A stretch of DNA of 64,000 bases. It comes from Octopus sinensis (Eukaryota). The stretch lies in the NCBI RefSeq assembly GCF_006345805.1, contig NC_043021.1:19344001-19408000 (forward strand), read 5' to 3'. The position numbers were made by a program, and so were the translations under genes. The notes beneath the pieces are model-generated. The model was not told the DNA's origin. It worked only from the letters and a program-made list of their open reading frames with translations, and made no database searches. Position 1 is the stretch's first letter, and every line of letters begins with the position of its first letter. This document shows, in pieces, positions 26,860-40,787 of the stretch.

Positions 26860-28352
26860 CACACTAGTTGTCTGTCAAGAAAAAGATGTAGTTAATTACA
26901 TGGGTTTATGGGCTTCACATCTCAGCAAATTCCACGAAGGATTTTGCTTTTGTTTTGTTTTTTTGTCCAATTTGGATGAATTTTTTAATACTTTATGGGT
27001 CAAGTGTGGGTCTGTGGATAAGATGTTTGCTCCCGAGCATGCGCTCCTAGGTTCAGTCCCACGGTGCAGGCTCAGTCCTTAAACTGCGGAGGGAGTTTTA
27101 GTATCATCAAACTAGAGACCAACCCTAAATGCTTGCAACTGATAGGACTCCAATAACGTAGCGGCCGTGTAGAGGCACCACCTTGAAGAGTTTAGCCCTG
27201 TAGTTCCGAAAGTTAGCGATACTGCCCCCTCTGGAAGTGATGGAAAGATCCAGAGGGGGCGTTGAAGAATAGTGAGGCGACAATGGGGTGTCCAAAAGGG
27301 AGCGAACGATGTAAAAACAACAAAATAATGAAGTTTTATTTGTGAAATACATTTGTTTTGAATTTGCTACAGAAAGTGGTCTAAGTCTGTGATGGTGGGT
27401 TTGGTAGGAAAGGCGGCGAGCTGGCAGAAACCGGGCGAAATGCGTAGCCGTATTTCGTCTGCCGTTACGTTCAGAGTTCAAATTCCGCCGAGGTCGACTT
27501 TGCCTTTCATCCTTTCGGGGTCGATTAAATAAGTACCAGTTACGCATTGGGGGTCGATATAATCGACTGAATCCGTTTGCTTGCCCTTGTTTGTCCCTTC
27601 TGTGTTTAGCCCCTTGTAGGTAGTAAAGAAATAGGTGAGTTTGGTAGGAAGGGTTTTAGGAATGTGACCTGGGTGCCAGGGGGCGGCAGCTCGACAAAGT
27701 TTGGGAACCACTGGTTTAGTCGAACAAAGTGACCTAGTACATGTTTTTTTTAAACAACTCTGTCACTTATTTTATCGTAGCAGGATTGAACCCAAAACTT
27801 CATGATTGGGAAACAAACGTCTTAATCACTTCTGCGCCTTTTTTAATTTAATTTTACTGACAAATTCCCAATCATTTGATTTCGATAAAATTTTAATTTA
27901 CACTTTTACACTTTTACTCTTTTACTTGTTTCAGTCATTTGACTGTGGCCATGCTGGAGCACTCGCCTTTAGTCGAGCAAATCGACCCCGGGACTTATTC
28001 TTTTGTAAGCCCAGTACTTATTCTATCCGTCTCTTTTTGCCAAACCGCTAAGTTATGGTGACGTAACACACCAGCATCACCTTGTCAAGCGATGTTGGGA
28101 GGGGGAACACAGACACACGAACGTATACACACACATACATATACATATATATACACACATACATACATATACATATATATACATATATACGACGGGCTTC
28201 TTTCAGTTTCCGTCTACCAAATCCACTCACAAGGCTTTGGTTGGCCCGAGGCTATAGCGGAAGACTGTTGTTCTTGTGGATCACTTTCTCTAAAACAATT
28301 TTTGTCTGATTAAAATTAATTAAAATATTAATGTATTAATTTTATAAATTAA

Positions 28353-28751
28353 CTAGCAGTATCGCCCGGCGTTGCTCGGGTTTGTAAGGGAAATAACTAT
28401 ATAAGCACTTTTAGAGATGTAAAGTATAATAGCCATCTCAATATGGCTAACCACAAAAGGGGATGTTACTGTAGCTTTTTACGTTCTGAGATTTAATAAT
28501 ACATTTTTAGAGAGTTACTTCCCTTATATAAACCGAGCGAAAATGCATTAAAAATGCGGAAAAATTATGGTAATTTTTTTTTTAAATCGTAGACTCATCG
28601 TAGACGCGCGCTAATACCCAGAAGGGCTCGATATGAATCACGACTATAAGATACCCGCTTTTGGTTAAACTGCACCGCAAAATGAGGGAGTAGTTAAGAA
28701 TCTAAATCGTAGGAGACAGACACCACACAACCTCACTTTTATATATAGAGA
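28353..28751 (-). mobile_element. Non-autonomous Helitron
   Basis: Minus strand A|TCTCTATA...CCCGAGCAACGCCGGG (hairpin)...CTAG|T: TC start, subterminal hairpin, CTAG end, AT target, no TSD. Confidence 0.85.
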
Positions 28752-29082
28752 TATTAATAAAGGCGTAGGAGTGGCTGTGTGGTAAGTAGCTTTCTTACCA
28801 ACCACATGGTTCCGGGTTCAGTCTCACTGAGTTGAAAGTCCTACTGACAATTCTCTAATTGAGCCCTGCACTTCCTAGCATCGGCCCTACATTCCTGACG
28901 GGCTTCTACACAGCTTCCACCAACCATATTCACTCACAAGGCATAAATCGGAGCGGGGTGGGGGGCCATAGTAGCAGACATTTGCCCAAGGTACCGCGCA
29001 GTGAGACTGAACCCAAATTCGTCAAACCACATGGATGCAAAGCAAACATCTCAACCACCTAAGGATCAACTATATCTCATTA

Positions 29083-29679
29083 CTCTTTTACTCTTTTACT
29101 TGTTTCAGTCATTTGACTGCGGCCATGCTGGAGCACCGCCTTTAGTCGAGCAAATCGACCCCGGGACTTATTCTTTGTAAGCCCAGTACTTATTCTATCG
29201 GTTCTCTTTTGCCGAACCGCTAAGTGACGGGGACGTAAACACACCAGCATCGGTTGTCAAGCAATGCTAGGGGGACAAACACAGACACGCAAACACACAC
29301 ACACACACATACATATATATACATATATACGATAGGTTTCTTTCAGTTTCCGTCTACCAAATCCACTCACAATGCATTGGTCGGCCCGGGGCTATAGCAG
29401 AAGACACTTGCCCAAGATGCCACGCAGCGGGACTGAACCCGGAACCATGTGGTTGGTTAGCAAGCTACTTACCACACAGCCACTCCTGCGACTATATATA
29501 TATATACACATATATACGATGGGCTTCTTTCAGTTTCCGTCTACCAAATCCACTCACAAGGCATTGGTCGGCCCGAGGCTATAGCAGAAGACACTTGCCC
29601 AAGATGCCACGCAGCGGGACTGAACCCGGAACCATGTGGTTGGTTAGCAAGCTACTTACCACACAGCCACTCCTGCGCC
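29083..29679 (-). mobile_element. SINE family A with tandemly duplicated 5' half
   Basis: Two head regions (about 29330-29490 and 29520-29679) and one tail (CTCTTTTA)n at 29083. Confidence 0.85.
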
Positions 29680-30371
29680 TATATATCGTTTATCTTGTCA
29701 CATTTCTAGTTTCCTTTTAATGGTTTAGACGATATTTTCCAATTTGACTCATCGGATGCAACAAGATATTCTCGGTTGCCTCCCTTCCATTCTCCCTTCA
29801 TTTTGTTTTACTCCTTTCACAAAATGATATGAAATCTATCTAATATAACCTTTAAATTGTTTATCTACATCCTGTGTTAGCTATGTTTTTGCACTTTTAT
29901 ACATTTTATTTCTCAAAGATATTTCTATGATGTAACGTTATGTAACATTCCGGTAAGAAACATTAAATTTCAACAGTATTTTATTCGTCAGCAAAATACA
30001 CTAAACTCATTATAAACTCGACTCATATTGCAGTATTAGAGGCCAAACTACTTGATTCTGTACACAGGCACTGTTATCCTTTGTATATGTTATCTGAAAA
30101 GAGAGAAATAAGATAGGAAATATCGTGCGCATATATAAGAATATACAAATATATGTGCATGTGCATATGTGTGCATATATATGTGTGTGTAGATCCAACC
30201 TTAATGGAAAGGTAAACAATATTTGTTTACAGAGAGAGAGAGAGAGAGAGAGAGAGTTGGTATCTCTTCATTTTACACCCTTCCTAATATGCATTAGTTT
30301 CACTGGTTTCAGCCAAAGACTGCACCCAAGCTGGGGTATCACCTTTAGTGTGCTTACATTTAATTTGATTT

Positions 30372-30405
<34 letters not shown>

Positions 30406-30533
30406 TATATATATTTATATTCGGGGTCGATAAATAAAGTACCAATTTCGCACTGGGGTCGATGTAATCGACTTAATCCATTTGTCTGTCTTTGTTTGTC
30501 CCCTCTATGTTTCGCCTCTTGTGGGCAATAAAG

Positions 30534-30589
<56 letters not shown>

Positions 30590-30649
30590 ATTATATATAT
30601 ATATAAGTAAATAATGGAGTTGAACGCAGATGTTATTCAAATTCTTTTA

Positions 30650-30735
30650 CTTTCGACATATGTTTCGAAGACAGCATTGGTTTTATTCCAAAGGAATAAA
30701 CGGTGTAAAATAATGTGATCTTCTCATCAGGAAAG
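30650..30735 (-). ncRNA. Type I minimal hammerhead ribozyme motif (Penelope-like element type)
   Basis: Minus strand: CTTTC (stem I) CTGATGA GAAGA..45 nt..TCTTC (stem II) GAAA C ATAT G TC (stem III with palindromic loop, GUC site) GAAAG (stem I). All core nucleotides are canonical. Confidence 0.8.
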
Positions 30736-31374
30736 AAAGAGAACCCATCTCAACAACAAGATATAACAATTTTGATGACTGCATAAATGATAAACAGAAC
30801 GCTATTAAGTATTTTTAAAAAACCGTTAGTAGATCCGATGTCAAAGGTAGACCATAGAAAGAGAAGGGGTAAAGAAATAATGAGTTGAGAACAAATAAAG
30901 GAGAAATATAGAGGGATATGTTGGTTGAAAAAATGTTCAAAGGCTTGGAAGTAGATTTCTCTATTGAAGTAAAGTGCAAGGTGAACTAAATGTTCAAACT
31001 ATACAGACTGGTATAAATCACTTATATGAGCTAAAGGTGTGTTTCTGCCAGTGCTTACATTTGTAAGATCGCTCTATAAGTGTGATAACCAGGTGATTCT
31101 TAGACAAGAGATTATGGAAGAGTTCAGAGTTGCAAATGTTACAGAATCCTTTGCTCTTGTCATAAGGGAAAGATATGGACAGGATGAACCAATCTAACTT
31201 AAAATCTTTATTGTTGTCTTTAAGATACCAAACCAATTTACTAAGCCCTGTGCTATTGCGTTTACTGCTATCCCTAAATGAAGAATAATGATTGGAAATT
31301 CTCTTAGATAACTGGAAAGAGGAAGCACCAATATACCTGTAGACATTTTACATTGGTATATAGAATTCTGAATC

Positions 31375-31504
31375 TTAGTTCTTTCAATATAAAATGATTC
31401 TTGGCTTTTAGAAATGACAAATACAGGTGGTCACTTTTCCATTGACACTTCTTTCAGATACACAGGTACGCCCGCGCACGCACGCACGCACGCACACACA
31501 CATA

Positions 31505-31539
<35 letters not shown>

Positions 31540-32020
31540 GCCCTCTCATAGACGATGATAAAAAGAAATCCAGACAATTTTTTGAAAAATAATATTTTAC
31601 CCCCCTTGAAGTGACCACCTAGGTTTGCCACTTCTAAAAGCCAAGAATCATTTTATATTGAAAGAACTGACCAGATGCAAAGATGTCAACACATTTTTTC
31701 TTCTTTCTCTCTTCCTTCTTTCTTTCCTTCTCTTTTCCATTGACACTCCTTTCAGATACACAGACACCCACACACACACGCGCACATATACACACACACA
31801 CTCTCTCTCACAAGACAATGATAAAAGGAAATCCAGACAATGTTTTTGAAAAACAACATTTTACCCCCCTTGAAGTGGCCACCTAGGTTTGCCATTTCTA
31901 AAAGCCAAGAATCATTTACTATTGAAAAGTCTGACCAGCTGCAAAGATGTCAACACATTTTTCTTCTTTCTCTCTTCCTTCTTCCTTTCCTTATCTTTTC
32001 CATTGACACTCCTTTCAGAT
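31375..32020. repeat. Foldback element (about 60-bp inverted arms) with a tandem duplication of about 250-300 bp
   Basis: 31375-31435 is the reverse complement of about 31611-31672; TTTTCCATTGACAC recurs at about 31435, 31735 and 31997. Confidence 0.75.
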
Positions 32021-32554
32021 ACAAAAGCACACACACACACGCAATTTCTCTCACTTTCTCCCCATTCATCACCCTCTTGTACTATCTTATATATATATCT
32101 CCACCCCTACATACTCAATAATACTATAAAAAGAGACAAAACTCCTGAAAAAGTTCAATCTGACGACTCCACTAGAGTGAACGCAAGCGCTAATATATGA
32201 TTTATAACAACATGTGACATATTAATAAACATTAATAAACTTGGGCAAGTGTCTTCTACTATAGCCTCGGGCCGACCAACGCCTTGTGAGTGGATTTGAT
32301 AGACGGAAACTGAAAGAAGCCCATCGTATAAATATACGATGATAGATATGTATATATATGCGTGTGTGTGTTTGTGTGTGTGTTTGTCCTCCTAGCATTG
32401 CTTGACAACCGATGCTGGTGTGTTTATGTCCCCGTTACTTAGCGGTTCGGCAAAAGGGACCGATAGAATAAGTACTGGGCTTACAAAAGAATTAAAGGCG
32501 GTCCTCCAGCATGGCCGCAGTCAAATGATTGAAACAAGTAAAAGAGTAAAGAGA

Positions 32555-32585
<31 letters not shown>

Positions 32586-33029
32586 GAGAGAGAGAGAGTG
32601 AGCGGGGTGAGGGAAAGAGAGAAATAAATAGATAGATGAACAGCTACACAGACAGAATATGATATAATGGGAAATTTCTCAGCCATTTCAAGCAGGATGC
32701 AGAAACAGGTTAAGGGGCCTCCCCTGATGTTCCAGATTCTAGGAACAGGATCCACTTAAGGATTTCGTTGCTCACTACGACGAAAAAGTGGTTTTATATT
32801 TCTGAGATAAGTGGTCGAGTTTTATTGTTTTGGAAAGTGGTCATTGTTTTGCTGACATAACTGTAAGTACCCATTAGAAAGCATTGAATAGTTTGTAACA
32901 AGAACTGGGCTACTAACAACAGATTTGCGATTACTTTTTATATTTCTGTCTTTCACAAACACCACACACACACACACAGACATGTCTATGTGTGTCTGAG
33001 TGCGTGTGTGTGTGTATGTACATTTTCTC

Positions 33030-33195
33030 TCTTTATTTTCTTTCCTTGTTTCTTTCTGTGTTCTTTTCTGTGGAAGAGCGTAGGCTCGAAACATTAAAGA
33101 CTTTTTCACTTCCCGAGCGTTTATACTAAAACATTTGCTTGTTAACCTACACCACCTGTCTTCGTTTTCTGTTTTTTTTGTGAATTCTCCCGCCC
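33030..33195 (+). mobile_element. Penelope-like terminal fragment with variant hammerhead motif
   Basis: CTTTT-CTGTGGA-A-GAGC-GTAG-GCTC-GAAACATT-AAAGA at 33063-33100, next to (TA)n. Confidence 0.6.
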
Positions 33196-33221
33196 CTATA
33201 TATATAATATTATATATATAT

Positions 33222-33268
<47 letters not shown>

Positions 33269-33269
<1 letters not shown>

Positions 33270-33372
33270 AAAAGGGCTTAGTAAAATAAATTACTTTGCC
33301 GCATACTGAACTCATTAGAAATACTAACTCATTAGTATGCGGCAAAGTAATTTATTTTACTAAGCCCTTTTA
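33269..33372. repeat. Foldback, arms about 42 bp, in (TA)n
   Basis: TAAAAGGGCTTAGTAAAATAAATTACTTTGCCGCATACT and its reverse complement. Confidence 0.9.
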
Positions 33373-34087
33373 TATAATGTAATAATTTGAATTCGCCTTG
33401 AATGGTCCCTTTGCATACTGAACACTTGGTGAAATTGATTAATAATTATTAATTTTGCCCTCAATTGTTGAAATATATATCTATAATATATATATATATT
33501 GATAGAATGGTAAAACAACAAAAGAATGAACGAGACTTCGAATTATGTAAATAGAGGAATTTATCTGTAAATATAATTGTCACATATATTTACAGATATA
33601 TATATATATATTATTATATATATATATATATTATATATATATATATATACATACATACATACATACATACATAATACATACATACATACATACATATGTG
33701 TGTGTGAGGGGGTAATGCATACGTCCATACATATATTAATTAAGGCTACCATTTTGGAAAACAGCCTGCGTTTTCCAAAATGGAGGCGAACATCTTTCTC
33801 CATATGATCGGCTTGAAATCTTGTTATTTTCCTACTTTTCTTAACATGAAACCAATGGCAGCCTTGATTCACAAACATAGAAATTGTATAGGCGCAGGCG
33901 TGGCTGTGTGGTAATAAACCTTGCTTCCCAACCGAATGGTTCAGGTTTCGGTCCCACTGTATGGTACCATGTGCAGGTGACTTCCATTATAGCGTCGGAC
34001 CGACCAAAGTCTTGCGAGTGGATTTGGTAGACAGAAGCTGAAAGAAGCCCATTGTGTGTGTGTGTATATATATATACATACATACAT

Positions 34088-34124
<37 letters not shown>

Positions 34125-34168
34125 TAGATAAATAGATAGATAGATAGAGATAGATAGATGATAGATAG

Positions 34169-34217
<49 letters not shown>

Positions 34218-34849
34218 TATGAGTGTGTGTGTCTTTGTGTCTGAGTTAGTCCCACCATCACCGCTTGACAACCGGTGTTGGTGCGTTTAAGTCCCCGTAA
34301 TGTAGTGGCTCGGCAAGAGATCGATAGAATAAGTACCAGTCCTTAAAAAAGTACTTTACTTGGGTCGATTCGTGGCTACAGTCTATTGAGTGGAACAAGT
34401 GAAAGATAAAAGATAAACGCATCAAAGAACTATAAAGAATATGGAGACTCGTACCTCATCGAATTTTTCTCTTTGGTCAAACAGCGAACGATAATCCAGG
34501 CAAGCGACCCTGGATTTACCCAATGGAAGGATTACAGCTAGATACCAGATTGATAACACTCAGGGATCATTGATGTTCAGTACTACTTGATGCGGTTAAC
34601 CGCATCAAGTATGCCTGAGAGCTAAGCTAGCTTTTCAACCGCTAGGTTCCGGGTTCAGTCCTTGAGTAAGTGTCTTCTACTATAGGCTCGACCGACCAAA
34701 GCCTTGTGAGTGGATTTGGTAGACGGAAACTGAAAGATCTCTGTCGTATATCTGTATGTGCGTGTGTGTGTATATATAAATACATGTATATATGTATATA
34801 TGTGTGTATACATATATATATAATATATATATTATAGAAGATATAGATA

Positions 34850-34880
<31 letters not shown>

Positions 34881-34954
34881 GAGAGACAGATAGATAGATA
34901 GATATATAGAGAGACAGATAGATAGATGAATAGATAGAAAGATATATATATATG

Positions 34955-35090
34955 GGAGAGTTCAAAAAACAAAAACAAAAGACGAAGACAGGTGGTGTAG
35001 ACAACAAACAGGTGTATTAGTATAACGCTCGGGAAGTGAAAAAGTCTTTAACGTTTCGAGCCTACGCTCTTCCACAGAAAGGAACACATA
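34955..35090 (-). mobile_element. Penelope-like terminal fragment with variant hammerhead motif
   Basis: Minus strand CTTT-CTGTGGA-A-GAGC-GTAG-GCTC-GAAAC-GTT-AAAG at 35047-35082. Confidence 0.65.
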
Positions 35091-35419
35091 CATACATGCA
35101 TATATATATACATATATATCTACATATATATCAACATATATTTATATATATATATACACACACTCACATATATATATATATTTACACACATACACATATA
35201 TACATATGTATATATATGTTTACACACACACATATTATATATATATATTCTTTTACTTGATTCAACCCTTTAACTCTAGCCATGCTGGAGCACCACCTTA
35301 GACCTTATTTTTTGTATTCTTATTCTATTGTTATGAGTTGTTATTCAGTTGTCAATCGGTATTAGGGCGACGGACACAAACAAACACACACCACACACAA
35401 AATATATATTATTATATAT

Positions 35420-35479
<60 letters not shown>

Positions 35480-36858
35480 ATACGACGGACTTCTTTCAGT
35501 TTCCGCTACTCATCAGACTTTGGTCGATCTGAAGTTATAGTAGAAGACAATTGCCCAAGGTGCCACGCGGTGGGACTGAACTCAGAACCATGTGGGATGC
35601 CTACTATATCTAGGATTTTAACTTACAAGGATCTACGCAGGATTGAACCTAAGGACTCATGCTCTTGTTTCTATAACCTCAGAAAGTTGAACTATGAACT
35701 TTTATGCTTCTCTTTTCTTCTCTCTCTCCGTCTCCCCTAATCTTTTACTCCCTTCTCTATGTCGTCATCTCATTTATATATGCCTTTCTCATTTTCCTTA
35801 TTTTTTCCATATTTCTCTCTGATGACAGTGTATCCCATACTCGGGGATATCCCAGAAACAGCGGTAAGATTTTGTATCTTTTCCTATAATAATAGTATTG
35901 TATACGACTTGTGTGGAGGCGCGTGGCTAAGTGGTTAGGGTGTCAGCATCATGATCATAAGTTTCCATTCCTGGACCGGGGGAGGCGTTTTGTTCTTGAG
36001 TAAAACACTTCGTTTCACGTTGCTCCAGTCCACTCAGCTGGCAAAAATGAGTAACGCTGCGATGGACTGGCGTCCCTACGCCTTAGAAACCAGAAAACCG
36101 GGCCCATGAGCCTGGCTAGGCTTTAAAAGGGAACATTTATTTTATTTTGTACTACTTGTGATGTTTGCCTTGCCTTAATGTTTGCTGCACTGTCTAACAA
36201 TCATATATCCGCTGCATATTTTATCAGTCATATTTTATCAGAAAATATAAACCGCTTTTGGATGCGTCCACCACAAATGACACTATTTAGAATAAAACCT
36301 ACGCAAATATTAAAATGGATATATTCAGAACCAGTCACAACCCACGAATTTATTCAGAACAAGTCCAATCACTACTATTACAACCACAACAGGTCACTTT
36401 TAGGTCACTTGACTATTTAAGAGGATTCCTCTAACATCCTACAACTGTCTTACTACTCTCGTATTTTTCTTCTTCTTCTTCTTCTTCTTCTTCTCCGCCG
36501 CCGCCGCCGCCTCCTTCCTTAGCTACTGCTTGCTTAAACAATCAAAACTAACAACTCATATTAAATATTCTTTTAGGACTGCTACCACCTACTACCAAGC
36601 CTTCACAAGAGTAAAAGAGAGAGGGAGAGACAGACAGATAGACAGACAGACAGACAGAAAAAGGAAAATGTCCCTTGTATTTGATAGCTATTGAGGTGTT
36701 TTTAAAAAAGCATTTCATTTAATTTTTCCACAATTTAATTGTTTTTCGTGTTTTACTCTAAGTTGAAAAAGTCACAATGACTGAAACCGGTACTAAAATG
36801 TTCTTCATGATAAAATTATTTTAGCATTTTCTTATTTTATATATATATATATTGTTGT

Positions 36859-37189
36859 GTGACCCCCTTCGGTCATGACTGACCATGGGATTGCACCTAG
36901 AAAGTTACCCTCCTAGACACAAGTCCGGGCAAGGTTGTTTATGGAAGACCAGCAGTCGCCCATGCATACCAGCCTCCTCTCTCCAGGCCACCAGTGTTAT
37001 CCAAGGGAAAGGCAAAGGCAGATACAGCTTGGCACCAGTGACGTCGCAACTCATTTCTACAGCTGAGTGAACTGGAGCAACGTGAAATAAAGTGTCTTGC
37101 TCAAGAACACAACATGCAGACCAGTCTGGGATTCGAACTCACGACCTCACGATTGTAAGCTCGCCGCTCTAACCACTGAGCCATGCGCC
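36859..37189 (-). mobile_element. tRNA-derived SINE, family D (CORE-like), full length
   Basis: Head AGGCGCATGGCTCAGTGGTTAGAGC...GAGTTCGAATCCC with A and B boxes, then TTGAGCAAGACACTTTATTTCACGTTGCTCCAG. Confidence 0.85.
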
Positions 37190-37272
37190 TTCCTTCGCAC
37201 ATATATATATATATATATACACACTCACACACACACACACTTATATATACGCATAGCTATATAGATAGATTA

Positions 37273-37323
<51 letters not shown>

Positions 37324-37399
37324 AATCAAAGATTATACTTAAATTTAAAATTTAAACTGCATTTTGAATATGTCCTTAGTAGTAAGCCGGCAAAGCACG

Positions 37400-37790
37400 T
37401 TCACTGCTTATGGCTACCTGGTGTCATTCGCAGTAATTGCAGAATCGACGCTGGATCTATGTTAGGAATTCCTCATCCACTTCATCTAAATTCAGGACCA
37501 GGTACTGCAATGATATAGGCTCCAAAGGACCACAGCTCTTCAATGCCCTACCACAAAAATTAAGAAATCTGAATAAGGTGGAGGTAGGCATCCTCATCTC
37601 CACAGTGCCGGATGAACCAACAGCCCGACATGAAGTCCGGTCGTGGTCAGCGGAATCAAACTGTCTTATACACCAAATGGGCCGCCAGTTGGGACAAAGG
37701 CACATGCGGGGCGGAGGGTTTTGGGTGATGTGAAGCACCCCAGACTGAGGAAATCAGCAAAACGACGGTGATGCTCCAGCATGACCACTG
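37400..37790 (+). mobile_element. CR1-group LINE 3' end, decayed
   Basis: SKFRTRYCNDIGSKGPQLFNALPQKLRNL...STVPDEPT...ESNCLIHQM resembles a CR1-group ORF2 C-terminus; the UTR ends in GGTGATGCTCCAGCATGACCAC. Confidence 0.75.
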
Positions 37791-37824
37791 TGTGTGTGTT
37801 TGTGTGTGTACATGGAGAGAGAAC

Positions 37825-38102
37825 GAGTGAGTGAGTGAATGAGTGAGTGAGTGAATGAGTGAGTGAGTGAGTGAGTGAATGAGTGAATGAGTGATTGAGT
37901 GAGTGAGCGAGTGAATGAGTGAGTGAGCGAGTGAGTGAGTGAGTGAGTAAATGAGTGAGTGAGTGAGTGAGTGAGTGAGTGAGGAGTGAGTGAGTGAGTG
38001 AGTGAGCGAGCGAGTGAATGAGGGAGTGAATGAATGAGTGAGCGAGTCAGTGAATGAGTGAGTGATTGAGTGAGTGAGTAAATGAGTGAGTGAGTGAGTG
38101 AG
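37825..38102. repeat. Degenerate (TGAG)n tetranucleotide tract
   Basis: Directly visible. Confidence 0.9.
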
Positions 38103-38383
38103 TGGTGGGGATGGAGAGATGGAGAATGGTCTATTGAAGATTAAATGTGTTCAGATGGGAGGAAGGCAGTCAGCGTTAAATGACACAGCGGCCATCTGGG
38201 AACTTTCATTGATAGTGATGCGTGTGTGTGTGTGTATGTGTGTATGTGTGTATGTGTGTATGTGTGTGTGTCTGTCTGTCTGTGCGCCATTGTTGTGTGT
38301 GTGTGTATGTGTGTGTGTGTGTGTCTGTGCGTGTGTCTGTGTGTGTGTCTGTCTGTCTGTCTGTGTGTGTGTATGTGTGTGTG

Positions 38384-38415
<32 letters not shown>

Positions 38416-38724
38416 GTCGTCATAATATTTATACAGCAGGAAGAGTAGAATATAAAGGATGGTGGTGAGAGAAGAGCGTGAAGGAGAGAGGGAGTGTGGG
38501 GGAAGAGAGAGAGAGAGAGAGAGAGAGACGTTAAAAACAACAACAACAAAAAACAGAAATCACAGAAAATGAAAGGAAATATGAATTGAAGGAGTTTAGT
38601 TGGAATGAGGAAAGTGCTTCGAGGGGGAAGGGACTTCGAAACTGATGATGTAAGTAGGAGGAGGAGGAGGAGGAGGAGGAGGCATGTGTGTGTGTGTGTG
38701 TGTGTGTATGTATAGATACATTAA

Positions 38725-38759
38725 TAGACAGACAGACGGAGACAGACAGACAGACAGAC

Positions 38760-38846
<87 letters not shown>

Positions 38847-38880
38847 TAGAAAGACAGACAGATAGATAGACAGACAAAAT

Positions 38881-38946
<66 letters not shown>

Positions 38947-38980
38947 TAGAAAGACAGACAGATAGATAGACAGACAAAAT

Positions 38981-39042
<62 letters not shown>

Positions 39043-39093
39043 TAGAAAGACAGACAGATAGATAGACAGACAAAATGAAAGATAGATAGATAG

Positions 39094-39149
<56 letters not shown>

Positions 39150-39191
39150 GACAGACAGAGAAAGACAGACAGATAGATAGACAGACAAAAT

Positions 39192-39265
<74 letters not shown>

Positions 39266-39299
39266 TAGAAAGACAGACAGATAGATAGACAGACAAAAT

Positions 39300-39365
<66 letters not shown>

Positions 39366-39399
39366 TAGAAAGACAGACAGATAGATAGACAGACAAAAT

Positions 39400-39469
<70 letters not shown>

Positions 39470-39503
39470 TAGAAAGACAGACAGATAGATAGACAGACAA
39501 AAT

Positions 39504-39542
<39 letters not shown>
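38725..39542. repeat. GATA/GACA higher-order repeat, left block
   Basis: Constant GATAGAAAGACAGACAGATAGATAGACAGACAAAATGAAA separated by variable (GATA)n(GACA)m. Confidence 0.95.
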
Positions 39543-39543
<1 letters not shown>

Positions 39544-39615
39544 TGTTTCTTTATTAGCCACACAGGGCTGCACACAGATAGAACAAATTACAAGGTAGAG
39601 CTTTTCTTTTTAAGG

Positions 39616-39662
<47 letters not shown>

Positions 39663-40283
39663 AAGGGGGAGGTTCGATCAAAAGGGATCGTAAAAGGAGA
39701 GAAAGAGGACAAAAATAAGGGGGGTTAAAAAAAAAAAAAAAAAAAAAAAGGGGGGGAGAGGAAAAAAAAAATGATCAATAGGGATCGTTATCACAGAAAT
39801 GTCAATATGAAGTGTAAAGGGGAGGACAGGTGAGGTTTACCCGTGGAAAGAAAAGCCTGCGGAAAAGACCACGGTAACCTCGGTCAATGAAGTCACATTT
39901 ATATTTCTTTTTTTTTTTTTTTTTTTTTTGCAAATAAGCACTCTCTGTTTTCGATTTCTGGGTTCATAGGACTATGCTCAAGGTGGCTTCGTCATTCATA
40001 CGTGCCATTCTTGCTACATTCACCCATCTTTTTTTAAAACATTCGCTAGACAAAACTTGCCTCTCTACTCTCACTTTCTTTTCAAGTGGTACTTGAAGAA
40101 GTTGATGAGAGATTGACCAGAGAGGAAAGTGTTTGTCTCCATCCTTTCAGACGCGTCCACCAGATACATTCTTTCGCCATAACCACAAGGATGATGAAAA
40201 TAGCTCTTCTTCCCGTTTGAAGGAAGGAGGCGTGACAATATTGACGATAGACTCAGCTGATAATAAACCGATCGTCCACACGT
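39543..40283 (-). mobile_element. Tx1/L1-clade LINE 3' end, 5' truncated, inserted in the GATA array
   Basis: Frameshifted minus-strand translation FIILVVMAKECIWWTRLKG / ETNTFLSGQSLINFFKYHLKR / KVRVERQVLSSECFKKRWV...L* (stop at 39964), like an L1/Tx1 ORF2 C-terminus. The 3' UTR ends AATAAAGAAACAT-(ATCT)n. Confidence 0.75.
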
Positions 40284-40293
40284 GATAGATAGA

Positions 40294-40337
<44 letters not shown>

Positions 40338-40371
40338 TAGAAAGACAGACAGATAGATAGACAGACAAAAT

Positions 40372-40453
<82 letters not shown>

Positions 40454-40487
40454 TAGAAAGACAGACAGATAGATAGACAGACAAAAT

Positions 40488-40560
<73 letters not shown>

Positions 40561-40594
40561 TAGAAAGACAGACAGATAGATAGACAGACAAAAT

Positions 40595-40676
<82 letters not shown>

Positions 40677-40714
40677 TAGAAAAACAGACAGATAGATAGA
40701 ACAGACAAAATGAA

Positions 40715-40787
<73 letters not shown>

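Noticed and set aside
35490-35520. CTGATGA...GAAAC on the minus strand as a hammerhead
   Set aside because: No stem II or stem I can form; it is a deletion product of a SINE A body.
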